DNA of 64,000 nucleotides. Origin: Candidatus Uhrbacteria bacterium. Lineage in GTDB: Bacteria > Patescibacteriota > Patescibacteriia > GWA2-47-26. The translations under genes were made by a program, and so were the position numbers. Below, in pieces: positions 43,905 through 54,104 of this stretch; positions within the stretch are counted from its first letter, which is position 1; every line of letters starts with the position of its first letter. The notes under the pieces were generated by a model. The model did no database searches, was not told the DNA's origin, and saw only the letters and a list, made by a program, of their open reading frames with translations. Where the stretch lies: positions 856-64,855 of the forward strand of contig JACPJN010000006.1 of NCBI GenBank assembly GCA_016187515.1, given 5' to 3'.

Positions 43905-45209
43905 TTAAATGGACTTATAGATCTTCTCCAGCTTGTCTCCGATTATTTTCCAATCGTAAAGCTCCACCGCGCGTTTGCGCGCCGCTATTCCCATGGCGTG
44001 AGATTTTTCCGGATTTTTAATAACCTCGCCAATTCGGTCGGCCAGCGCTTCCGGATCCCCCGGGCGCACCACATAGCCCGTCTTCCCGTCTTCCACGGTT
44101 ACGCGCACTCCGGGAAAATCCGAAACAATCGCCGGAACCCCGCACGCCTGGGCCTCGGCCGCCACAATGCTGAAACATTCCACGCGCGCGGTCGAAGGCA
44201 CGACCGCGACCGCGGCCTGGCGATAATAGTCCGGCATATCTTGATGATGCGCTAATCCCAGAAATTCCAAATGCGCTTCCGGAAACTGACATGCTCCCCT
44301 CTTAATTCCGCATTCCGCATTCAATACTCCTGCCACTCTCGCATGCGCTTCGTATTCTTTTTGCATCTTCCCGGATCCGATAATCCATCCGCGACAGGGC
44401 ACTTTGCGCTGTTTCAAAATCCGGACTGCCTCAATCAAGACATGCACCCCTTTAAAATAATGCGCCCGATCCAGGCCGCTGGCAAAAAGGATAATGGGTA
44501 CACTTTTGTCATTCCGAGCGAAGCGAGGAATCTCTACACCATTATCAGGCGTGGCGTGAGAGATTTCTCCACGCGCTCTCATGGGTCGCTTGGTCGAAAT
44601 GACGGATTGGGAGGTCGGGCGAAAGAGCTTCGTATCCACCCCGTTGGGTATGAATTCAATGGGCGGGGAGGCCGGCATTGCCGCGTATACTGAAGTCAAA
44701 TCGCACTCCCGAAAATAATCCTCGGATAAAGTAATAATCAAATGCGCCTGCTTAAAAATACGCGGCATGAGCGTTTGATTGTACAAACGAAAGATCATGC
44801 CGAGTACGCCTTCAGCCATCGCGTCCATCGTGTGGTGCACCACGATCTTGGATTTGGTGCGCGCCCGTAAATACGGAATGATCTCGGCGACTCCAAAAAA
44901 CGGGTAGAGCAGATGCACTGTGTCAAATCTGCTCAACTGCCGCGCCAAATTAGGCGCCCAACCGGCGTGGCCATAGCGCAGCACGGTATTGATAAAATTC
45001 ACTTTGACCTTCGCCGGAGTATGTGCCGGCCCCTCCGCGCTGCGCAGACCGGCCTCCTGCGCAATGGCCTGCTCCAGTCCTTTTGATCGCAGGGTAAAGA
45101 CCTCCGCAGTATAGCCCCGTTCCGCGATTTCATGAGCCATCCCGTGGGCCAACACTCCAATACCGCCGGGATAAGGAGGGTAGACACAAGACAAATACGC
45201 TATTCTCAT
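43905..45209 (-). CDS. Family 4 glycosyltransferase
   Basis: MRIAYLSCVYPPYPGGIGVLAHGMA N-terminus and ECFSIVAAEAQACGVPAIVSDFPGV C-terminal motif. Contains an in-frame insert of a different repeat (GTCATTCCGAGCGAAGCGAGGAATC; VIPSEARNLY). Confidence 0.8.
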   Translation of the reverse strand: MRIAYLSCVYPPYPGGIGVLAHGMAHEIAERGYTAEVFTLRSKGLEQAIAQEAGLRSAEGPAHTPAKVKVNFINTVLRYGHAGWAPNLARQLSRFDTVHLLYPFFGVAEIIPYLRARTKSKIVVHHTMDAMAEGVLGMIFRLYNQTLMPRIFKQAHLIITLSEDYFRECDLTSVYAAMPASPPIEFIPNGVDTKLFRPTSQSVISTKRPMRARGEISHATPDNGVEIPRFARNDKSVPIILFASGLDRAHYFKGVHVLIEAVRILKQRKVPCRGWIIGSGKMQKEYEAHARVAGVLNAECGIKRGACQFPEAHLEFLGLAHHQDMPDYYRQAAVAVVPSTARVECFSIVAAEAQACGVPAIVSDFPGVRVTVEDGKTGYVVRPGDPEALADRIGEVIKNPEKSHAMGIAARKRAVELYDWKIIGDKLEKIYKSI

Positions 45210-45249
45210 ATATCGGATGTCCCTATCTTAACATAAAAAATCAGGGCCT

Positions 45250-45355
45250 GACTAGCCCCTAAAAAATTCCAAATTACAAGCACCAAAACACAAAGAAATT
45301 ACAAGCTCCAAATTACAAATCACAAAGTTTGTGATTTGTGATTTGTAATTTGTTA
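45250..45355. repeat. Family C palindrome CAAATTACAAATCACAAAGTTTGTGATTTGTGATTTGTAATTTG between GT4 and UXS-like genes
   Basis: Near-perfect 18-bp arms. Preceded by AAATTACAAGCACCAAAACACAAAGAAATTACAAGCTCCAAATTACAAATCACAAA. Confidence 0.75.
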
Positions 45356-46372
45356 TTTTACTCCCAATAGATGCTTGGTGGCGCGAGTATATTCAATCAT
45401 CCGACTTAATCCTTCTTCCAGGCGCACCACCGGAAACCAACCCAGCGCGTCTTTGGCCTGCCGAATATCCGGCAAGGGCTGCGGACGCATAAATAAAAGC
45501 GGCGGCTTAAACACTATCTTGGAGGTGGATTTGGTCAGCTCGATAATCTTGCCGGCCACCTGCGCGAGATTCTGTTCTTCATCACTGCCCAGATTTACCG
45601 GGCCGAAATTTTGCTCGGCGTCCATGAGCTTGAGAATCCCATCCACCATATCAGTGATATAACAAAGCGAAGTAGTAAAATTTTTGTCGCCATAGATGAT
45701 CAGGGGTTTCCCCTCGAGCGCGTTCAAAATTAAATCCGGAATCATCTCGCCAGCCGCGATCTGGAGGCGCGGGCCATAGGTCCGAAACACTCGGGCAATC
45801 CGGGCATCCAATCCATATACTTGCGAAAAAGTATGATAGGCCGTCTCGGCAAAACGCTTGCCTTCGTCGTAGCAGGCGTGCGGTGAAAGCTGGTCGGCAA
45901 TCCCCAGCTCTTCCTCCGCAATGTAGCGATTGCCGCCGGCTTGCTTTCCGTACACCACCGAAGAGGAAGAAAAGAATACTTTGGACTTCCAGAGCACGGC
46001 GAGGTCGAGTACGTTGAGCGTCGCTTGGGCGTTCGCTTTGAGAATCTTAATTTTATTTTGTTCAAACGTAAGCGGCGCGGTCGGACACGCCAGATGATAA
46101 ATTTCCTGCACTCCTTGAAATTGCGTCTTGAATTTTTTAAGTTCCGGCCAGCTATTGAGATCAAAGGGTACGGCCACGTCATGCTTGATAAACTCAAAAT
46201 CCGGGTATTTTAAAAGATGTTCGATATTGCTCAACTGCCCGCCGCTTAGCAAATCGTCAATGCAAATCACTTTGGCGACCTTGAGCAGATTCTCGCACAG
46301 ATGCGACCCGATAAACCCCGCTCCGCCGGTAACCAGCACATTCTTTTTTTCGAAAATTGGAATCTTGGCCAT
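45353..46372 (-). CDS. NAD-dependent epimerase/dehydratase, UDP-glucuronate decarboxylase (UXS)-like
   Basis: VLVTGGAGFIGSHLCENLL Rossmann motif, catalytic YDEGKRFAE (YxxxK) and typical UXS length. Confidence 0.7.
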   Translation of the reverse strand: MAKIPIFEKKNVLVTGGAGFIGSHLCENLLKVAKVICIDDLLSGGQLSNIEHLLKYPDFEFIKHDVAVPFDLNSWPELKKFKTQFQGVQEIYHLACPTAPLTFEQNKIKILKANAQATLNVLDLAVLWKSKVFFSSSSVVYGKQAGGNRYIAEEELGIADQLSPHACYDEGKRFAETAYHTFSQVYGLDARIARVFRTYGPRLQIAAGEMIPDLILNALEGKPLIIYGDKNFTTSLCYITDMVDGILKLMDAEQNFGPVNLGSDEEQNLAQVAGKIIELTKSTSKIVFKPPLLFMRPQPLPDIRQAKDALGWFPVVRLEEGLSRMIEYTRATKHLLGVK

Positions 46373-46374
46373 AA

Positions 46375-46452
46375 TTGTTGAGGTAAATCAAGTGAATCAA
46401 GTAAATCAAGTGCTGGATTTACTTGCCTCGCCTGATTTACCTGATTTACTCT
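46375..46452. repeat. Family B iteron array between UXS-like and S8 peptidase genes
   Basis: GGTAAATCAAGTGAATCAAGTAAATCAAGTGCTGGATTTACTTGCCTCGCCTGATTTACCTGATTTAC. Confidence 0.75.
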
Positions 46453-46455
46453 CAA

Positions 46456-48501
46456 TTACAACTTTATTATCCCCACGCTCACTCCCCCCCTAAAGCCATC
46501 CTCGTAGGGGAAGAACTGCTGTTTTACCCGTCCAAATCCGTCAAAAACCACCACATGCGCTCCCCCGCCTTGGCCCGGCCCGGTAATTATATCATCAATT
46601 CCGTCCCGATCAAAATCCTCCGCGGCCAGATTAACCCCGCCTAAGAAGGCCTCATTATACGCCAGAAACGCCCTTTGCCACTGTCCCGCGCTATTATATA
46701 CGCGAACTTCCGGCAAGACCCCCCCGAAGGGAGCCGTGATAATTTCGGCTTTCCCATCGCCATCAAGATCACCCGCGGCGACATTGACGCCGCCTTCAAA
46801 AGCGCGCGGGTAAGCGGAAAACCGCGCCTTCACGCGGCCCCGCGCGTCAAAGATCCGCACTTCTCCCTCATAGCCCTGACCTTTTCCGGGCGTAGTAATG
46901 ATTTCCTCTAAACCATCGCCATCAATATCTCTAACCGCCAGATTCACTCCGCCGCGCAGCCGTGAATTGTAGGCAAAAAATCCGCCGACGGCCGCGCCGT
47001 TTTCGTTAAAAATCCGGATATGCGGGCCGCCGCCCGGCCCCGGAGCAGTAACAATTTCTTCCTTGCCGTCGCCGTTCAAATCGCCCACCCCCACGTTCAC
47101 GCCGCCGCGAAACTTCGGATGATAGGCAAACCAACTTCTTACCACGCTGCCGTCCGGACGAAAAACCCGCACGTGCGGGCCGCCGCCCACTCCGGCTCCG
47201 GTAATAATCTCGGCGGTCCGATCGCCGTCAATATCCCCGGAAACCAGGCGCACTCCTCCTTTAAAATTCAAGCCGTAAGCCGCAAAATCCCGCAGGGGGC
47301 TGCCGGAGGGAAGCAGCATCTGGACTTTAGGCAACCCGCCTGAAAATGGAGCCGTCAGCAGGTAAGGAATTCCCCGCGAAGGCCCAAACACGGCGGAGCC
47401 GCCGGAAGCCGCCAGCTCCAGGGCGCGGCGGACATTCAACCGCCCTTTGCCCAGTTTTCCGTTAAAAGCGGGGTTGGCCGCCTCGATCGAATCCGTGGTT
47501 TGCACTAGGATATTGCGAAGCTCTTGCGCGGCATAGGACGGATTAAGCGCCTTGATTAGCGCGGCCGTGCCGGAAACCAGCGGCGCGGCCATGGAGGAGC
47601 CGGCAAATCCTCCGCCAAACCGCTCTGGATAACCATGCTCGAGATCATGAAATTGCGGACCGTAGATATTCACCCCGGGCGCGGAAAGATCCACGCAATT
47701 TACTCCGTAGTTGGAAAAGGTTGACTTTTGATCTTGCTCATCAACCGCCGCGACGCCCACCACCACGTCTTCTCCTTCCAACCCCGAGTAACACACCGGA
47801 TAGAGCGGCGAGGCGTCCAAATCCAAACCGGTCCCGGTTTCCGTATTGCCCACGGCCCCGACGGTTAAGACCCCGCGCCGCGAGGCATCTTGAAGCGCCA
47901 CAAATAAATCACGGTCAAAACCGGGCCCGACAAACGAAAGGTTGATAATATCCGCGCCATTTTTCACGGCATACTCAATGGCGGAAATCACGGTCCCGAC
48001 ATTTCCTCGGCCGCGGCTGTCAAGCGCGCGCAGCGCCATCACTTTGACTTGCCAATTCAACCCAACTCCGCCAATGCCGTTATTGCCAACGGCGCCAATA
48101 ATTCCGGCGATCATGGTGCCATGATGCACGGCTTGGGCCCGCACTCCGGATCCGTTTAGATTGGGCGAGGGGTCGTTATCGCCATCCATAAAATCCCACC
48201 CGTACACGTCATCCACATAACCATTGCCATCATTGTCCACGCCGTCCAAAACTTCGCCGCGGTTTTTCCAAAGATTGGGCGCCAGGTCCAAATGATCTAA
48301 ATCCACGCCGGTATCAATCACCGCCACCACCACCTCGCGCGAACCAGTCGTTTTTCCCCAGGCCTCATACGCCTCCACTTTTTGCAAGTACCACTGCCTG
48401 GAAGCGGCATCCGGATCAGCCGGATAAACCGGCGATGCAAAAACCGGCTGGCTGATAAGTCCAATGAGTCCAATGAGTCCAATGAGTCCGATCTTGCGCA
48501 T
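46456..48501 (-). CDS. Secreted S8 (subtilisin-like) serine peptidase fused to FG-GAP/VCBS beta-propeller repeats
   Basis: Asp/His/Ser triad motifs (VAVIDTGVDLDH, HGTMIAGIIGA, GSSMAAPLVSGTAALI) followed by seven GD(I/L)(N/D)GDG...EI(I/V)T FG-GAP repeats. The signal peptide contains a 9-bp tandem repeat. Confidence 0.85.
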   Translation of the reverse strand: MRKIGLIGLIGLIGLISQPVFASPVYPADPDAASRQWYLQKVEAYEAWGKTTGSREVVVAVIDTGVDLDHLDLAPNLWKNRGEVLDGVDNDGNGYVDDVYGWDFMDGDNDPSPNLNGSGVRAQAVHHGTMIAGIIGAVGNNGIGGVGLNWQVKVMALRALDSRGRGNVGTVISAIEYAVKNGADIINLSFVGPGFDRDLFVALQDASRRGVLTVGAVGNTETGTGLDLDASPLYPVCYSGLEGEDVVVGVAAVDEQDQKSTFSNYGVNCVDLSAPGVNIYGPQFHDLEHGYPERFGGGFAGSSMAAPLVSGTAALIKALNPSYAAQELRNILVQTTDSIEAANPAFNGKLGKGRLNVRRALELAASGGSAVFGPSRGIPYLLTAPFSGGLPKVQMLLPSGSPLRDFAAYGLNFKGGVRLVSGDIDGDRTAEIITGAGVGGGPHVRVFRPDGSVVRSWFAYHPKFRGGVNVGVGDLNGDGKEEIVTAPGPGGGPHIRIFNENGAAVGGFFAYNSRLRGGVNLAVRDIDGDGLEEIITTPGKGQGYEGEVRIFDARGRVKARFSAYPRAFEGGVNVAAGDLDGDGKAEIITAPFGGVLPEVRVYNSAGQWQRAFLAYNEAFLGGVNLAAEDFDRDGIDDIITGPGQGGGAHVVVFDGFGRVKQQFFPYEDGFRGGVSVGIIKL
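48459..48487. repeat. 9-bp tandem repeat (TCCAATGAG)x3+ inside the S8 peptidase signal peptide (encodes IGLIGLIGLI)
   Basis: Direct reading of AAGTCCAATGAGTCCAATGAGTCCAATGAGTCCGAT. Confidence 0.8.
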
Positions 48502-48526
48502 ATTTTTCTAGTATACCCTATCATTT

Positions 48527-48559
48527 ACCCAAAAACAAGAACCCCGCGGCCGCGGGGTT
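48527..48559 (-). terminator. Rho-independent terminator for the 1233-aa surface protein gene
   Basis: Perfect palindrome AACCCCGCGGCCGCGGGGTT (48540-48559) followed on the minus strand by a T-run (CTTGTTTTTGGG). Confidence 0.7.
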
Positions 48560-48600
48560 CGTTGTGTTCGATTTTTGCGAATCGAGAACGTGAGTTGCCG

Positions 48601-51600
48601 CTAGTACACCATGGTTCCTCCAATGACGGGCAGGTTTTTGACGAGCGTGCCGGCAATGTTGGTCGCCGCGCCAGAACCAACTTCATCCCACTGGAGTTCA
48701 TTAAGAGCAGCCAAGGTCGTGTTGGTGGACCCGGCTTCCTCAAGAACGTCGAAACGCACAGTATCGTCACTGGCGGAGGAGGCGCCGGTCGTGTCTACTT
48801 TCAAGACATAGGTCTTGGAAGTGCCGGCGGCAATGGTTCGCGAGGTCGTAAAGACCAGACGAGCATAGCCAACTTCCTCGGTTCCAGAGAGTGTACCATC
48901 AGTGGCGGCTGAACCGTAGAGCGTCCAGTCCGCATCCACATCCAACTGGGTAGTCAGGTCGCTGGAATCATACAATGACCAGGAAGTAACCGTATCAATG
49001 GGGCCGGTGGCATCACCATTGACATTCCAGTCCGAATTACCGTTGTCGGTAAGCGTGGCTTTGAAGGTAATCGCCTCAAGCACCACATCGCCGGAAGCAT
49101 CTGCCGCGACTGTGAAGCGCAACGCTTCATTCAATCCGGGCACGGAAGCGCCGGAGGGTGAGGCCGCGTGCAAGGTGATGACTGGCTTGGTCTTGCGGAC
49201 CGTCATGGCATTGCCGGTAATGGTGGAGGTATCCGTGTAACAAGTGGAGAGTCCACCGCCATCGGAACAAGCCGTGGTCTGGCCAGCGCCGTGGACATCG
49301 CTGCCTTCATCCAAAGATGATCCGGAGGCAGCGCCAACGGCTTCAAACGTGCCGGCAAAGTCCAGACGGAAAGTCGGGGTGTCGCCGGATACGCCCGATT
49401 CGGAAATCGTGGCGAAATCCGCGGCCACCGTCATCACCGTGGTCTTGTCGCGCGGCACATAGAAGTTCAGGTCGCTAAAGTCCGCGTTGGCGGAAGCCAG
49501 GACGCCGGTCTTGGTCTCCGTCGTGCCATCCTGTTTTGGATAGGTCAGCTTGATCTGGACTACGCCAGTGTCATCCGCGGTCGCGTCATTGGAGATGCGC
49601 AGCCGCTTGACCCGGAAGTCCTCGTTGGCCGCCAAGAATTTAATCTTGGTCATGTTCACGCCGGAGGCGCCGCCCAAGATGATGGCGGAAAGCGGGGTAT
49701 CGCCGTCCGGATCAACCGTGAGCGTGCCGGAAGTGGCGGAAGTCAGGACCACGGTTGGCGTGTTGTTCCTCGGATTTGACCAAGTCGCGTCGCCGTCAGT
49801 CGGGGTTACGGAATTGCTGTCTTTGTCTTGCGCGGTAATACCGGCAGCAGTGTCAATACCGAGCCAAGCCGTATCCGCGGCGGAAGACATCTGGGTGGTG
49901 GCCAAGCTAACTCGCGCCGTGAGTTTCTTGGTTGCGCCAGCCGGAATTGTCCAGTTCATGTTATCGAAGGTCAGTACTCCGGCCGTAGTTGGAGATTTTG
50001 CTTCAGACACGGCGGTATCGCCATCATATAGTCGGGCCGTCAGCACCACATCGTCAAACTCTGCCGCAGTGTAGGTGCCGCCGGTGTCATCGCCTTGTCC
50101 GGTCATCACAATCTGGGTTACTTTGATGTCCGATTGCGCGCCGGCCGCGAAAGACAGACCAACCATTTGTACGCCGGTTGCGCCCTTAACGGAAGTTCCA
50201 GAGACCGGCGTAGAAGCCAATTGCACGGTAAGCGAGCTCGAACGAATCGTCATGGTATTGCCGGTTACATCGGATTGACCGCCGATAATGTCAGTAACCG
50301 CCACGTTCTGCGCAGTGGACACCTCGCGGATCGATCCGGCTTCAAAGTCATTCAAGGCGAAGGTGAATCCACGAGTCGTAACATCGTTGGCCGTTACTTC
50401 ACTGGCGGCAATGTCCGCGGTGACGACCAGTTTGCGGGTCTGACCAGCCGCGAGCGTCCAGGACTGGGTCAGGTCGTTATTCCAGACCGCGCTGGAGGCC
50501 GCGGTAGTGGAAGTACCGGCGGTAACCGTGGCGCCCGAAAGCTCCACCGGTCCCATCAGCACGGCTCCGGTATCCGCGTCTTTGATCTTGATATCAGTGA
50601 AGTAGTTGGTCGTGCCGTTGGAAAGCACGCCCAAAACTTGCGCGCCGGCTTCCGCCAGGGTCAGTTCTATCTCGCGGATTTCCAGCGCTTGATCGCCAGC
50701 CGAGAGCGAGAACTTGTAGAACTGAACATCTTGGCTGCCCAGCGCGATATCCGAGGCGGACGGACCATTAAAGGCCACAGTTACGCGGCCGCCCTGGGTG
50801 GTGACGAATGAACCGCCAGTCGCGGGAGTTGACGCGGCCGTTGCGGCTGCGGCAAAACTCGTGAAGGTGGTGGTAGAGCCATAGCCATACACTTTGTCAA
50901 CCACCAAAAGATCCGACGGGTAAGTTGAATCAATGTAAGTGGTTACCGTGCGGCCTCCGCGGCCGCCTACGTTGGCTTTTACCGTAAACAACCGATTGGA
51001 ACCCTGACCCAAAGCAAACGGAGCGCTGGCCAGGTCAAAGGTTACGCGATCGGATGATACAGTGCCGTCGGCCAGTTTGGTAGAACCCTGATACAGAGCA
51101 AAAGCGCTCAAATCAGACACGGTTACCGTACCGCCGACAGTTACCACGGCGCGGCGAACTTCAACATCATTTACGCCGGCGGTAATGCGGAACTCACCAA
51201 TCGCGACGTTCGTTTGTCCAATCGTGGGGTTAGCCGGATCAGAACCGCGAGTCAAGGTTACGGTGGAGACGCCTTGTGATCCGATGGAATTGGTCGCGCC
51301 AGTCAAAGGCAAGCCCGACACTGATGCGCTCGTACCAATCGCAATCAACTGGAAAGCATGGGTGTCTCCGGCCGTAGCAACTGTACCGGCGGTTAAGGAG
51401 TTTACATCCACCACTACGGAAAGCGTCTTTGAGCCATTGGCCGGTACCGCGATCGAAAGCGCGGCAAACTCGGTCTGCCGGGTCTGGGAAGTAAGCGTGC
51501 GTCCGGAAGTCAAACGCAGCGCGCCATCATACAGATAAACCGCGCTAATGTCGTTGGAAGAACCGACGCCCACGCTTTTAACCGTTGCTCCGGTAACCGT

Positions 51601-52302
51601 TTGCGCGGCTGCTCCGGCGGTGAGTGTAAACTTCAGGACTACTACCGAAGAAGCTCCTCCCGGAATTACTCCGGCAGCCGGATTATCCGAAGCCAGGGCC
51701 GCGGAAAGCGGACCGGTGGCGACTGCCGCCGCTGGAGTGGACTGTAAGCCCTTGTCTGCGCCAATGTCCGCGGCCAGTGCGGCTGCTACCGGCGCGACAG
51801 TGGCTTCTGCTCCGGCGCTGTAATTAGCTTGGAAGGCCTCGGGAATGCTGTAGGTGGCGGCGGTGGCTCCGCAGACCGCGGCCTTGTTGGCCGCTGAAAC
51901 CATGCGGCGTACTCCGCCTTTTTCCACCACATAGGTATTGGTATCCGGTCCCGCGAACATTACGCAGGATCCGGGCTTGGCAGTAACGTTACCGCCAAAG
52001 GCAATGGCCTGGAGTTCTGCTTCAGTTACATCTTTAACCGCGGCAAAACTCGTGCCATTCCAGGTCTCGTAGGTCTTTGAACTGGAGAAAAGATAGCGTT
52101 TCGCGTCCGAACCATAGTAATACACCGGACGTCCTGGACCAGAAGTTGACTTGGCAGTGCCCACAATAAGGTCACCGGCAGTCAAAGTTGCCGCGCTAGC
52201 CAAAGGAATGGCAATGAACGCCGCAGACATGGCCCAGGCGATCGTCGCGACCACTACTGCCCAGGTAAACGCTTTCTTTCCAAATACTAAAGTGTTACTC
52301 AT
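48601..52302 (-). CDS. Large Thr/Ala/Gly/Ser-rich cell-surface protein (1233 aa, signal/TM anchor, beta-rich repeats)
   Basis: N-terminal hydrophobic anchor, then very low-complexity T/A/G/S/V-rich sequence typical of S-layer/adhesin-like proteins. GC-rich because of its composition. Confidence 0.7.
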   Translation of the reverse strand: MSNTLVFGKKAFTWAVVVATIAWAMSAAFIAIPLASAATLTAGDLIVGTAKSTSGPGRPVYYYGSDAKRYLFSSSKTYETWNGTSFAAVKDVTEAELQAIAFGGNVTAKPGSCVMFAGPDTNTYVVEKGGVRRMVSAANKAAVCGATAATYSIPEAFQANYSAGAEATVAPVAAALAADIGADKGLQSTPAAAVATGPLSAALASDNPAAGVIPGGASSVVVLKFTLTAGAAAQTVTGATVKSVGVGSSNDISAVYLYDGALRLTSGRTLTSQTRQTEFAALSIAVPANGSKTLSVVVDVNSLTAGTVATAGDTHAFQLIAIGTSASVSGLPLTGATNSIGSQGVSTVTLTRGSDPANPTIGQTNVAIGEFRITAGVNDVEVRRAVVTVGGTVTVSDLSAFALYQGSTKLADGTVSSDRVTFDLASAPFALGQGSNRLFTVKANVGGRGGRTVTTYIDSTYPSDLLVVDKVYGYGSTTTFTSFAAAATAASTPATGGSFVTTQGGRVTVAFNGPSASDIALGSQDVQFYKFSLSAGDQALEIREIELTLAEAGAQVLGVLSNGTTNYFTDIKIKDADTGAVLMGPVELSGATVTAGTSTTAASSAVWNNDLTQSWTLAAGQTRKLVVTADIAASEVTANDVTTRGFTFALNDFEAGSIREVSTAQNVAVTDIIGGQSDVTGNTMTIRSSSLTVQLASTPVSGTSVKGATGVQMVGLSFAAGAQSDIKVTQIVMTGQGDDTGGTYTAAEFDDVVLTARLYDGDTAVSEAKSPTTAGVLTFDNMNWTIPAGATKKLTARVSLATTQMSSAADTAWLGIDTAAGITAQDKDSNSVTPTDGDATWSNPRNNTPTVVLTSATSGTLTVDPDGDTPLSAIILGGASGVNMTKIKFLAANEDFRVKRLRISNDATADDTGVVQIKLTYPKQDGTTETKTGVLASANADFSDLNFYVPRDKTTVMTVAADFATISESGVSGDTPTFRLDFAGTFEAVGAASGSSLDEGSDVHGAGQTTACSDGGGLSTCYTDTSTITGNAMTVRKTKPVITLHAASPSGASVPGLNEALRFTVAADASGDVVLEAITFKATLTDNGNSDWNVNGDATGPIDTVTSWSLYDSSDLTTQLDVDADWTLYGSAATDGTLSGTEEVGYARLVFTTSRTIAAGTSKTYVLKVDTTGASSASDDTVRFDVLEEAGSTNTTLAALNELQWDEVGSGAATNIAGTLVKNLPVIGGTMVY

Positions 52303-52654
52303 ATTTTGATTTGGAGAAGATTGTATATTTCTCTTAATACTTACTTGATTTTACTGACCAAGAATCCTGTCCGACGGTTGTCGGGCTCGACCTTTAGAAC
52401 TCTTAAATAATTTGCCCACAAAGGGGTGCGACAATAACAGTCAGGGTAACTGACTTTTGCTGTGGTACCCATTCGTGTGGCTCATTTCCCGCATGGAATT
52501 TGAACCAGTATACACTATCTCTATATCAATGAACAATTAGGTGTGGATAACTGACGCATTTCCCTCACCCTCCCCTCTCCCTTAGGGAGAGGGTGGCCGC
52601 AGGCCGGGTGAGGGGCACACCAAGCGTTTGTGGCCTAGCCACATAATGCTTACT

Positions 52655-53434
52655 CTAAATCCCCACCTCCCCGTTTTCTAATTCACCAGCCGAATCAGAG
52701 TCCTGTTGCACTCCCTTTAATGCCTCTTCCGCCTCGGCCAAAACCGCGATTCCCACTTCACGGCCGGGTTTCACCTTTACATCAATGAGCTTTTTCTCAT
52801 ATTCACGGGCTTTTTTAGCCAACTCCGCTTTGGCTTGTTTAACCTGCAGCGGATCTCCGGCCTGTTTTAAGCTTTCCTGGGCCCGTTTGATATCCTTGGA
52901 AAAATGCCTTAAAACCTCTTCGGTGCGCTGTGATTCCTGGTTTCCGGTAATATCTCCGGCGATCGGCAAGACCTTTTCCAGCTCGCGCAAGCGATTACCG
53001 GCAATCTCCATTTGCACCCGCGCGCGACTGGCCGGATTAGAGGTAAAACGGACTTTTGCTTCATCAACGGCCAATTTTGTCCCATACAAGGTCTCGCCGG
53101 GAAGGGCATTGCGGGATCCTACCGCGGCAGAGGCAACCCCGACAAACAGCGCGAAAATCCCCGCCGCGTAGACGAAACGGGCGGAAAACAAGTACTGGGC
53201 CATTCTCAATATCGCAAAAAATCCTAAGTAATACACCGGACGCGGGAACGCGCCGCCCTGAACCCCAACATACTCCATAACCCGCTTTTTCATTCTTTCT
53301 GACGTATCAAAATCAGGCCACCCCGCTTCCGGGATATTTTTCAGCGCTTTAAGCGCTTTTATGATGGCTTTTTCTTCTTTGTGGGTCATACTCAACCAGC
53401 TTTTTTGCGGCTTATTTTTGCGGCCTAGGCGCAT
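52655..53434 (-). CDS. Putative membrane-anchored anti-sigma factor partner of the ECF sigma
   Basis: Overlaps the sigma gene end. It has one TM helix and a coiled/charged extracytoplasmic region, the arrangement typical of ECF anti-sigma factors. No specific family recognised. Confidence 0.4.
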   Translation of the reverse strand: MRLGRKNKPQKSWLSMTHKEEKAIIKALKALKNIPEAGWPDFDTSERMKKRVMEYVGVQGGAFPRPVYYLGFFAILRMAQYLFSARFVYAAGIFALFVGVASAAVGSRNALPGETLYGTKLAVDEAKVRFTSNPASRARVQMEIAGNRLRELEKVLPIAGDITGNQESQRTEEVLRHFSKDIKRAQESLKQAGDPLQVKQAKAELAKKAREYEKKLIDVKVKPGREVGIAVLAEAEEALKGVQQDSDSAGELENGEVGI

Positions 53435-53999
53435 GATCAGCCAACATCGCAGATCTTAGGGCATTCAATCCTCGGTGGATCAGTACACGCACATTACCTG
53501 AAGTTTTACCAATAATTTCAGCGATTTCCTCCATGGTGGCTTCTTCCAAGTAGCGGAGCATTATTGCCTCCCGGTACTCATCTTTAATATCTTTGAGATA
53601 TTTACTTAAGTACGCGCGATCTTCCGCGTATAGAAACTGATTTAATAGCGCTGCGGATCGCGGATCTTCAATTGTTAATTCCTCCTCGACGGTTTCCAAG
53701 TCCACCTTTTGCGGGGATCTTCCCTGTCGGCGATAAAAATCTATTACTAAATTGCGGCTAAGCTGATAAATAAACGCTCGGAAATTTTGCACTCGTTTGG
53801 CGTTTTCATCAGTCAAGTATTCCCAGGCCTTTAAAAATACCTGCGCAGCCAAATCTTCGGCTTCATCTTGACTTGAAACTTTAAAGTACACAAACTGATA
53901 AATTTTCTGCCGGTATGAATTGTAGAGCGTTTCAAAGGCCCGATGGTCTTTTCCCTCGGAAACCCTGAAAACCAGCAGTTTTTCGCGGAGCTTTTGCAT
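53412..53999 (-). CDS. RNA polymerase sigma-70 factor, ECF subfamily
   Basis: Region 2 (AQVFLKAWEYL...FRAFIYQLSRNLVIDFYRR) and region 4 HTH (ATMEEIAEIIGKTSGNVRVLIHRGLNALRS). Confidence 0.8.
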   Translation of the reverse strand: MQKLREKLLVFRVSEGKDHRAFETLYNSYRQKIYQFVYFKVSSQDEAEDLAAQVFLKAWEYLTDENAKRVQNFRAFIYQLSRNLVIDFYRRQGRSPQKVDLETVEEELTIEDPRSAALLNQFLYAEDRAYLSKYLKDIKDEYREAIMLRYLEEATMEEIAEIIGKTSGNVRVLIHRGLNALRSAMLADHAPRPQK

Positions 54000-54075
54000 G
54001 GTAGGAGACGCTTCATTATTGATAACGTTACAGGATTATAACCTATTTATCCACAGAAAAGCAAATAAATCGGGC

Positions 54076-54104
54076 TTGACACGAGTATTTGTCTACGCTA
54101 TAGT
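54076..54104 (+). promoter_or_regulatory. Consensus sigma-70 promoter TTGACA-17nt-TATAGT
   Basis: TTGACA at 54076-54081, TATAGT at 54099-54104, facing the HTH gene at 54215. The leader contains the GAGTTATTG / CAATAACTC inverted tandem motifs. Confidence 0.6.
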
